DNA of 64,000 nt from Eledone cirrhosa (Eukaryota): assembly GCA_964016885.1 (NCBI GenBank), contig OZ024740.1, forward strand, positions 369,334,001 to 369,398,000, read 5' to 3'. The notes beneath the pieces were generated by a model, which saw nothing but the letters and a program-made list of their open reading frames with translations, was not told the origin of the DNA and searched no databases. Made by a program: the position numbers and the translations under genes. Below are positions 1 through 9,436 of this stretch, piece after piece; position 1 is the first letter of the stretch, and each line of letters opens with the position of its first letter.

Positions 1-568
1 TTGTCTCGATATTTCGGGCGACACCTGCAAAAGAAGTGGTCCCTTTTTCAGCAGAATCACTCTTGCTGCCGCTACTGGTCTTACAGGTGGTGCTGAGATC
101 GCTGTTACAGGTATCGATGTCATTGTTGATGTTTTCGTTGGTACAGTTGTTGATATTGTTGTTTTCGTTAATACTGTTGCTGTTGTTACTGTTATTGTGG
201 CTGTTGTTATTATTGTTGTTTTTGTTGATACTGTTCCTACTATTGGTGTTCTTGTGGCTGTTGTTATTGTCATTGTTATTGTCGTTCTCGACCTTACCGA
301 TGTTATTTTTGTTATTGTCGTTCTCGATTTTACCACTGTTATTGTTGCTGTTGCTGTTGTTATTGATGGTGTTGTTGTTGGTGTTATTGTTGGTGTTGTG
401 TGTGTTAGAAATATTTGGTAATTTTAAATCTGTAACAATCCTCTTTTCCTTTGTAATATTTTCGTTTATATTTACCTCCGCTGGAACGCTGTCTTCTTGA
501 CATGCTGATAAAGTCGCCCTCTCTCTGTGTTGACTGACTGCGCTCTCTCTCTTTCTTGTGTTATACAT
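1..568 (-). CDS. N-terminal part of putative Tx1-like ORF1 (open at window edge)
   Basis: Manual translation from ATG at 568 gives MYNTRKRESAVSQHRERATLSACQEDSVPAEVNINEN..., then an Asn-rich tract, then GTTSFAGVARNIET. No stop seen before position 1. Confidence 0.55.
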   Translation of the reverse strand, partial: MYNTRKRESAVSQHRERATLSACQEDSVPAEVNINENITKEKRIVTDLKLPNISNTHNTNNNTNNNTINNNSNSNNNSGKIENDNNKNNIGKVENDNNNDNNNSHKNTNSRNSINKNNNNNNSHNNSNNSNSINENNNINNCTNENINNDIDTCNSDLSTTCKTSSGSKSDSAEKGTTSFAGVARNIET

Positions 569-783
569 GTTGAATTATTTTTCAAAAAATATTTTTACAC
601 AATTACGAATACGACACCCCGTAAAGGGGTACCGTATTATTTACGAGTGAACCCTTGTATTAGGTGGTCACTTCTTCTAAACTTTTATCAAATTTAAAAC
701 TGGAATAACAGGTCTAGAACGATTGAAAACGAGGTAAAACTTTGAAAAAAACTGGAGGCGATAAGGAGCGTGGCTATCACCAA
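1..783 (-). mobile_element. 5' end (5'UTR and start of ORF1) of a second Tx1-like LINE family (family B), running off the window edge
   Basis: Begins directly after an (ATT)n tract with GGTGA, like family A (GGCGA). Its minus-strand ORF has the same Asn/Thr-rich N-terminus and ends SFAGVARNIET, matching SFAIVAKQFEA in family A ORF1. Confidence 0.6.
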
Positions 784-785
784 CA

Positions 786-838
<53 letters not shown>
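784..838. repeat. (AAT)n microsatellite; tail of Tx1-A copy 1 and insertion site
   Basis: Direct reading. Confidence 0.95.
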
Positions 839-839
<1 letters not shown>

Positions 840-1082
840 TTTTCTTTAATAACCACAAGGGTTTACATAAAGTAGACATTAAGGACAGTACAGGACAATA
901 CAGGACGGTAAAAATGGGCATTTCTGCGTGTAAAAAAAACAGAGGATGAAATAAAATAACAAAGAAAAATTCCCCAATAGGGGGGAGACTTCCGAGGGAC
1001 ATTTGTGGAGAAAGCCCATTAAAAGACCACAGTGGCCCTGACCACCCGGGAAAGTGCCCTCTCCCAGTTTTCCACCTTTAAT

Positions 1083-4000
1083 TTACAGACACATACTCAG
1101 AGAAGGCCCATTCATTCGGGCCATACTTGCTTCTCTCACCCATCTTTCAACAAAATGCTGGGAAGAGAGCACTTCCCTCTCTACCCTGATTTTCCTTTTC
1201 AGATGAAATTTGAAAAGGTTAATCAGGGCATCACCGAAGAGGTAAGTGCTCGTATTCAGCCCTTTCAAACGTGTCCACCATACTATCTCTTTCGCCATGG
1301 CAACCAGACAGATAAAAATTGCCTGCCCTTCCCGGCTAAAGGAAGAGGGCGGGGAAATCCTCACGATGGACTCAGCTGATAGCTGGATCCGTCCTACACG
1401 TGACAGCAGGTGTACGACATAAACCCACAAGTCAGCAATGCTCGGACACTGGACGAGTGCGTGCAGGACGGTTTCGTCGTACTGTGCACATCTCGGACAT
1501 GCCCGGCTGGCGGCACCTCCATGCCTGTAAAGTTTATCCCGAACTGGCAAAGCACCCCGGTAGCACTGCCAGGCCAGGGATTTCTGGAAGTTGTCCATAG
1601 GCCCCGGCCCGAAAGTCCTTCCGAAGAGATTGGCTAGTTGATTTTCGTCGACGCCTAGAGTTTCTCCAAGTACGTCGTCGCTCTTCCCCTCCACTAATCG
1701 CCTATAGAACGCCAAGGTGGAGTTTCCACCGATCACATTGCCCGATTGGTCGAGGGCTGTGAGCGCCTGAAGACATTCCAGTCTCCAAGCGCTCCCTCTC
1801 GGTCTTCTCTTGACCCAGGACTGCAGCTCCGTCAAGGAGACGAGCTGGGGAAAAACGTGTTTAGCAAACGGCGACCACACCTGATCACCGTCGAGGAAGA
1901 GGTGGAGATGTCGTAGCCTCAGCGCGTGTCTGCGCATCATCAGCCACGGCATGCCCAGCCCTCTACGTAGCTGGGGTTGACAGCAGATGGACCGCCTGAC
2001 CATCGGAGCGCGTCCCTTCCACAAGAAGCGAAAGAGCAAACGCTCCAGCGCAGTCAGGCGGGGCTTAGGACAAGGTACCACGGTCAGGCGGTAGTAGATG
2101 ACGGACACGATGTACGCGTTAGTCACCTCCGCTCGACCTTTCAGGGATAGCTTCCTCTCGGCCCATTTCTGGGTGAGAGAAGCCACCCTGTTCGTCACCT
2201 CGTCCCAGTTTTTGTCCGTCTGGAGGTCTGGACCGAACCAGGCCCCTAGCAATTTAACCGGTCCGTCCGTCCAGCGCCCGACGACGCTGTTGGACGGCAT
2301 GGGCCTGCCTCTCCAGGTGCCGAGCTGCAGGCCCACTGACTTTTCCTGGTTGATCATTGCTCCTGTCACCGCTTCGTATTCTCTTAGTGTAGTGCCGATC
2401 GCCTGGAGAGTCAATATGTACAATAGGGACGAGAGGGGAAACCTTGGCGGACCGAGCGCATGACGTTGAACGGTTCCGAAAGGTGACCGTTCACTCTCAC
2501 TACAGAGCAGATGTTGCTGTGCATGGCAGCGATCCAGCCTCTGAAGACGGGCCCAAAGCCAGCCGCCCTCAGGACTGCCTCTAGGTAACGATGGTCGAAC
2601 CTATCGAAGGCTTTCGACTGATCTAAATTGTTCAAAGACCCACCCGTGCCAGGTTCCTTAGCTACCCTCTCTACGATGTATCGCATGAGGTGGAGGTTGT
2701 CGTGGATGGATCTGTCGGGAATGGCGCATGTCTGTGCCTCTCCCACCAGACCACCAACGACAAGCGCCGACCTCTTTGCTAGCACCTTGGCCAAAATCTT
2801 GAACTCTGTGTTTAGCAGAGTTATGGGCCTAAAATTATCTATGTTATCCCCCTTGTTCGGATCCTTTCTCAGCAGCGCCACCGCTCCTCGGCTCACAGAG
2901 CTGGGAATTCTCCCGTTCTGTTGCCAGTTGCAGTAGACGTCCGCCAAGAGGCCTCCGAACAAGTTTGGCAATTGTACGTAAAGTTCATAGGGCAGACCAT
3001 CCAAACCAGGCGATTTACCCCTTGTGCAACTAGTCATTGGATCCCGTACTTCAGCGGTTGTTATCGGTTTTTCGTAACACTCCGCCTCAGTGGCCGAAAG
3101 CTGCGGCAGTCCGTCGAGGTAGACACTAAAGTCCATCCCTCGATCCGGCCCGCCACTGCCCCCGAACAGTTGAGCGAAGTGTCGCTGAAAAGCTTCACAC
3201 ATTTGCCCGGGATCGAGTAGCATGCGCCCGTCGTGGTCCACCAAAGACCGGTCGTGGCTTTGTTGCCACGACGCGCCTCCGCCACTCGGGCCCATTGAAC
3301 GGCTTTCGTCCCCTCGTGTCTGAGAGCACGCACCCTAGCTCTGACAACGCAGTCTTCGTGCTTTGCATTGAAGAATTGGTCAAGGGCCAATTTCGCCGCA
3401 AGTACGTCGGTCGCGATGCCTTTGCTAAGCGCCTCATCTAATTTTCTAACTAGTTCTCCCTCTGCTCTATTTTTCTCTATTGCTAAAGTCTTACTAAACC
3501 TAATGGACTATATTCTAATTGCTCTTTTCAGAGCAAACCACCACTTGTTGTTGACGATGGCCCCCGTCAACGCCCGCTTAACTAGTTCTAATCCGGTCTC
3601 TGTAGGCCTTGCACGCTGGTAAGGACGCGTTTAGCTTCCAGTAGCCGGGTCCTCGCCTATGAAGCCTATCAAAGTCAAGCACACAGATCACGAATTTGTG
3701 GTCCGTGTAGCTGACTATCTTGAATTGTGGACAGTCTATACTAGACCTATCTATTTCCCTACAAAATACTCTATCTAGATATGATCTGGATGACCCTATG
3801 CGATTTGTCCAAGTCCACATTGGTACATTCGGGAAATCCATTCGGTACCTGTCAGACAGTTCAAAACGTCTGAGCAGGTTGGTGATACTCTTGCACCCTC
3901 CTTCCCTATCCACTAATCCCACACAATCCCAGCGTGCATGTAAGATCCCGTTCCAGTTGCCCACTAACACTAAAGAGCGGGACGTTCCAAGAAAGTTCTC

Positions 4001-4378
4001 CAGACGCCGGAAGAAATCAGGCCGCCCTGCTCCTGTCGGGGCATAGACGGCCACTAACCTGAAAGCTTGCCCGTCTCCGCTGGTCACGTCCAGCACCACC
4101 AACTTACCTTCTGGGTCCAGGAAGATGGCCCGTATGTCAAGATCCAAACCTCTCCGAAAAAGCACAGCATCTCCTCCCCCCGATCCCGGACGGCTGGGAG
4201 ATGCGTACACATCGTAGCCGCCGAAGATCGGTGCGAAAGCCTGTGTTTCGGAGATTCTGGTCTCGCTGATGGCCACTACATCTATGTTTAGTGACCTGAG
4301 GTCGTTGAGCAGGTGGCCCTGCTTCCATGACGACCCCAAGCCACGCGCATTCATGCTGCCTATTCTGAGTGAGGTCAT
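1083..4378 (-). pseudogene. Tx1 ORF2 (APE endonuclease, reverse transcriptase, CCHC finger), frameshifted and lacking the YADD region
   Basis: APE motifs SMNARGL, VVAISET, AVYAP, YLDRV, YTDHK. RT motifs KSPGLDG, FRPITLLNTEFKILAK, DQSKAFD, SVRQG. Zinc finger CPRC...ETVLHALVQC. Split over ORFs 3578-4378, 2411-3295, 1083-2423 and intervening frames. Confidence 0.92.
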
Positions 4379-4694
4379 GTTGAAAAGGAGTGGAAAAGAT
4401 GGGAAAGACCACTTACCTTACTTCTCGTAGGGGAAGGACGGTTTTCCATCCTTTTCACTGCTTGTGGCCCCCCAGGAAGGATGTCCTTATAAATCCTCTT
4501 GGAGAGTGCTTGTCGGAAGTCTCCGATGTCTTTGGGGAATTTTTGTTTTGGTGTCATGTACGTTTTCTGTGTGATGCGAGTGATTTGTATGTGTGGAGGT
4601 GGTGTGAATTTTGCGGTTGTTGTGTAGTCTTTTTTCTGTGATGCTGGTGTTGTGTTGGATGTAGTCTAATAATTGCTTGTTGTTCAAATTTAAT

Positions 4695-4840
4695 TGTTTC
4701 TACTTTTGGCACAAGGCCAGCAATTATCCCAGTGTATTACTGGTACTTTATTTTATCGACCCGTTAACGATTAAAGGCAAAGTTAACCTCGGTGGGTTTT
4801 GAACTCAGTCCGTAAAGGGACGTAACTGTTCTGCAAAGCA
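4695..4840 (-). mobile_element. 5'-truncated tRNA-headed SINE inserted in Tx1-A copy 1
   Basis: Reverse complement of the SINE at 60846-61036. 11-bp TSD TCAAATTTAAT at 4684-4694 and 4841-4851. Absent from copy 2, which has a single TCAAATTTAAT near 17252. Confidence 0.92.
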
Positions 4841-5058
4841 TCAAATTTAATGCTGTGTAGTGTGTATCGTTTTGGTTGTTTTGTTTTGTTTGCGTTTGTT
4901 GTGGGTTTGTTTCTGTTTCGCATTTTGGTGACTTTTGTGGTGTAGGTGATGGCGGTGCTGGGGATAATGATGTTGACGGTGTTGTTGTTTGGGTTGTTGG
5001 GGTTGGTGATGCTGGTGTGGATGGTTGCATATCTGTCCTAACTTTTTTGTTTCTTAGT

Positions 5059-6559
5059 TTATTTGTTTCCCTCTGTATTTTGTTTTTGGAGGGGGAAGGA
5101 AGAGAATTTTTTCTTTCTTGGTTTCTTTTTTTTTCCGGATATCGTTTCCCACTCCTCGTCGTCACAATCTGTCTCCAGTTGTGATAGGCCGGGGACTGGA
5201 AAATCCTCCGCAGGCGTTAGTTTTGGTTGTGGCGTGGTGGATGGTGTAGGCGCTGGTGCTAGTTCTGAAGCGTTGGGTGGTGGTGGTGTTGGTTTTGCTG
5301 GTGGTGGTGGTGGTGTTGGTTTTGCTACTGTTGCTGTGGTTGTTGCTGTTATAGTTGCTTCTGTTGTTGCTGCTACAGTTGTTGCTGCCATCTCTGCTAC
5401 TGGTGGTGTTGATGGTTGAGTCACTGGGGTGGGTAGGAGAGGTGGCCTCAACCTTTTAGCCTGAGGGCAGAAAGCCCTTAGGTGGGTTCCTTCACCACAA
5501 ACGACACACCTAGGTCTTCTGCCCTCGACAATTACCATGAGGTGGCTGCCGTCAGTGAAGTCTATTACCTCTGGGATCTCCTCAATGCTTTTTTGCTCCG
5601 CTTGGATCAGGAGCTCCATCCCAGATCCGGACCAGTTCTCCTGCTTTTCTTTTGCTATTGCTATTATTTTTGTGTTGGCTTCGATGCCGGCGAGGACGGC
5701 CGCTATTAGCCAGGGAATTTCGATGGCCGGTGGAACGTGGGTCACCCTGATCTTTACGAGTCTCTGGCCACAATAGCTTGGGACGAGTGTGAAGTCGTCA
5801 TTTCTTAATGGGGCCATGGAGTGTTCTCTAGCCTCCTCTGGTGTTTCAAAGAACACGTCCACGGTTCCATACTTTTGCCCACGTCTGATGTGGGTTTTCT
5901 TGCCCACACATGTCCCAAAGCTTTTTGGATTTGGGACTCGGATGCCCGTTCCACTCGGCGCGATTTTACATTTATTGTTCTATACGACACGGTGCATAGG
6001 CGCCGATGCTCCATTTTATTAGGTGGGGGTTGAGGCTGACCCTGTACCCATCTTTCTTTACCATTTGTTTGGCATTTTCTAAATCCTCCTGAGTTACCGT
6101 AAATGCTTCGAACTGTTTTGCTACTCTGGCGAAAATGAGGTTCGGTTTTATAATGTCATTGTTGTTGTTGTTGCTATCGTTATTTGTGTTAATATTAATT
6201 TTAGTTTCAGTTGTGGTGGTGGTGACGTCAGTCGTCTTTGGTGGGGAAGAGTCCATTTTGCTTGATTTCATTTCGACATCACGAGTTAATTTATTTTTTT
6301 CTTCTTTTGTTTCTGTTGTTGCGGTGGTGGTGGGGGTGGTGGTTGTCGCGGTGGTGGTGGTGGTGGAGGCTTTAACACCTGAAGTCATTGGTAATGGCGG
6401 GAAATGAACGTCTGCCTGAGACAAATTTAAAATATTGCTACTGCTTATACTTTTTGTAGTGTTGGCAAACGTAGTAACATTTACAATGGTGGTGTCGGTG
6501 TGAGGTGTTAATTTGTGAGGAAGGCTTTCAGCTGCTTGGTGCAGAGGTGAATTAGCCAT
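5059..6559 (-). pseudogene. Tx1 ORF1 (nucleic-acid-binding protein with zinc knuckle), split across three frames
   Basis: RCVVCGEGTHLRAFCP fits CX2CX4HX4C. Also a Thr/Asn-rich N-terminus, a Pro-rich tract and an EEWETISGKKKK motif. Pieces are 5972-6559, 5805-6014 and 5059-5907. Confidence 0.85.
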
Positions 6560-6693
6560 TTTTTTTCAAAGAAATTTTTTGATAATAATAAAAGTTTAAA
6601 TTTTGGGCACAAGGCCCCAATCTTTTTGGGTGTCCTTGGAAATAACAAACCTTTGCGGAGCTCACGATGATACGATTTACTACGTAGGTCGCC

Positions 6694-6768
<75 letters not shown>
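6694..6768. repeat. (AAT)n microsatellite
   Basis: Direct reading. Confidence 0.95.
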
Positions 6769-6770
<2 letters not shown>

Positions 6771-8017
6771 AGGAATTGTTAAGAACTGAATAAATTCGTA
6801 GAGAAAGGAACGTATTGAAGTCACATCTGAACAGCAGAAATGCCATAAGCGCAGTAAATTCCCGAGCTGTGTCTATTATTAGGTACAGTGCGGGAATTCT
6901 GAGATGGAATGTTGCTGAACAAAAAGAAATGGATAGGAAGACTAGGAAGCTATTGACTATCTACAACATGTTCCACAAGAGGAGTGATGTCGATAGACTC
7001 TACCTAAGGAGATCTGAGGGTGGAAGAGGTCTTATCAGCATAGAGGACTGTGTTCAGATGGAGAAAAACAACCTATACAAATACGTGACTGATAGTAAGG
7101 AGCCAATGCTCAGAACTGTACTGAAGGAAGGGACAGTAGGCCAGGGGATGTCCAAGGAGGAAATAGCATCAAGGAGAAAGAGCAGCCTTCAGGGAAAATC
7201 CCTTCATAGTACCTTCTTTGAGAAAACTGAATTTAGAGATCCACAGACATGGAACTGGTTAAGAAGAGGAGACCTCAAAAAGGCTACAGAAGGAATGCTA
7301 ATGGCTGCGCAGGAGCAGGCCCTCAAAACGAAGTGGTTGAAGCACCATATTTACAAGGAGGAGGCTATCCCACTGTGCAGGATCTGTGGAGAGAGGAGAC
7401 TGTGGCTCACATTGTATCCGAGTGTAAACACCTAGCCCAGACCCACTATAAGGGCTGGAGACATGATGTGATGGGCAGGGTGATCCACTGGCACCTGTGC
7501 AAAGTATACAATCTACCACATTCTGAGAAATGGTATGAGCATAGGCCAGAGGCGGTGATGGAGAACGATCAGGTGAAGGTGCTGTGGGATTTTAGGATAC
7601 AGACGGACAAGAAACTGGAACACAATAGACCTGACCTGGTGGTTGTGGACAAAGAAAAAAGACCGTGTCTGATTGTGGATGTGGCCTCCCCATTCGACAC
7701 GAGAGTGCAAAAGAAGGAGATGGAGAAAATTAACCGATACCAGGACTTAAAGTGGGAGGTAAAAAGGATTTGGAACTGCCATTAAGTCAAAGTGATCCCG
7801 ATTGTCATAGGCGCACTGGGGACTATCTCCAAAGGTTTCCAGGGATGGTTAAAGAAAATCGGCCCCTTCACGCTTTTTGGCACGCTTCAAAAGGCATGCT
7901 TGCTGGGAACAGCAAGAACCCTCCGATACGTCCTGAATATCTGAGGCTGCAGGTAGTGGCTTGATATTCATTCCAACGGACTTTCCAGTTAACTAACATC
8001 AATGATTGAGATTCAAG

Positions 8018-8018
<1 letters not shown>
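6769..8018 (+). mobile_element. 5'-truncated R4/Dong-like RLE retrotransposon, family B, copy 1
   Basis: Motifs LYLRRSEGGRGL, CRICG..ETVAHIVSEC, RHD, HNRPDLVVVD, VDVASP and RYQDL, i.e. CCHC finger plus PD-D/ExK endonuclease. Stop near 7944, short 3'UTR and (AAT)n tail. Confidence 0.88.

Positions 8019-8060
<42 letters not shown>
8019..8060. repeat. (AAT)n microsatellite
   Basis: Direct reading. Confidence 0.95.
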
Positions 8061-8061
<1 letters not shown>

Positions 8062-8257
8062 GGAGAAATACAAAAGATAGTACTAATGGGAACTGCCCAT
8101 ATACTAAGGAAGATCCTGTCAATATAAGTACATCACAAGTCTAAACACTAAGGATGCATGTGTGAATATGTGTGTTCTTTCTTGAACATGGCGGACCTTG
8201 AGGTCACTGGTTGTGACTTGGTGATAACTCGTATAAACATAAAGCAAGATAAATGCA
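8061..8257 (+). mobile_element. Very short 3' fragment of R4/Dong-like family A
   Basis: Matches 13020-13225 (GEIQKIVLMGTAHILRKILSI* plus 3'UTR). Bounded by (AAT)n on both sides. Confidence 0.9.

Positions 8258-8328
<71 letters not shown>
8258..8328. repeat. (AAT)n microsatellite
   Basis: Direct reading. Confidence 0.95.
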
Positions 8329-8329
<1 letters not shown>

Positions 8330-9139
8330 GATAGGGAAGAAGACGCACGAGGTGGTAGAACGTCACGAAATTGCTCCCGTAAGTTTTTTGATTTTTAACA
8401 TATTTAAATCAATTGTGAAAGAACAATTCTTAGCACAAATGTTGCATAAAGGCACCGAATGAGGTCCCATAAAGTTTCGGATCCATATTATATTGTTGTA
8501 TCGCTCAAATATTCAATTTTGTATTATATATTTTGTATTCAAAAAAAGAAAATGGTTATAAATGGAAGAAAACACCCTCTGTCTACACTATATAGAACAG
8601 CGGCAATTTCAATTTCACCAACACCAGAAACTTGATACACTACCTATCCCATCACACTAAATATAACGGCAACTTCACCGGCATCATAATAATAATTACT
8701 ATTATTATTGTCTCAAATTTTAAAAAATGTTTAATTCAAATTTTACGGGAATATGTCAACACAAAATATAATGAAAATATATATTAAACATACGAACACA
8801 AACTCATAGATACTATATCAGTAACCACAACACCACCGCTGCCACCACCCCACCACATCCATCATCGCCGCCACCACTCATTCAATGCTACTGACACTAT
8901 TCCCCTGTTAACTTGAGAGAGAAAAGGGAAGGTGGTGGTAGCACTAGACAAGAGAGAGGCTAGCAAAAGATATAAATAGATTGACTTGGTGACCTTGCCA
9001 CAGACAAACGTCTACATCAACAATTATGGGACTGCTGGCTCACCCCTTCCTCACCAACAATATAAAAAGCCCCGGCACCACCACCGACATAGCCAGCAGC
9101 AATAACAGCCAACTACAACAAAAAGTATATTATATTATT

Positions 9140-9184
9140 GTAATGCACTGGGTGATTGCTGGCCTTGTCCCTGGAGTGGAGACA
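9140..9184 (+). mobile_element. SINE 3'-terminal fragment inserted in the R4-A leader
   Basis: GTAATGCACTGGGTGATTGCTGGCCTTGTCCC...GACA matches the SINE tail and is flanked by duplicated ATTATT. Absent in copy 2 near 50510. Confidence 0.8.
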
Positions 9185-9436
9185 ATTATTAATAATTTCA
9201 TTCTTAAGCCACGCAATGCTCACATTAAGGAACCACTCATGATAATAACAATTTAAAGAAAACAACAAAAAGAAAACCCCGTGAACAAGAAATACCGGGA
9301 TGGCGGCCGGCGGGGAATAGCCATGTCTCTAGGGGAGAACGACCCCTCTAGTCTTGGTTGACACTCGTTCTAGAAGTGGTAACACGAAAAGATTACCCCT
9401 TGGCGGATAAGGATAAAACGCGACAAAATAAAGTGG

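Larger units (their letters stand above)
839..6693 (-). mobile_element. Near full-length Tx1-clade non-LTR retrotransposon, family A, copy 1 (defective)
   Basis: ORF1 with a CX2CX4HX4C knuckle and ORF2 with APE, RT and C-terminal zinc finger. Flanked on both sides by (AAT)n. Collinear with 13280-19135. Confidence 0.92.

Noticed and set aside
36-500. Leu-rich 154-aa ORF resembling a membrane protein
   Set aside because: It is the antisense shadow of the Asn/Thr-rich minus-strand ORF1.
9296-9360. HDV-like ribozyme (contains GGCCGGC)
   Set aside because: I could not assemble the P1/P2/P3/P1.1 nested pseudoknot or the L3 consensus. Kept only as an unclassified structure.
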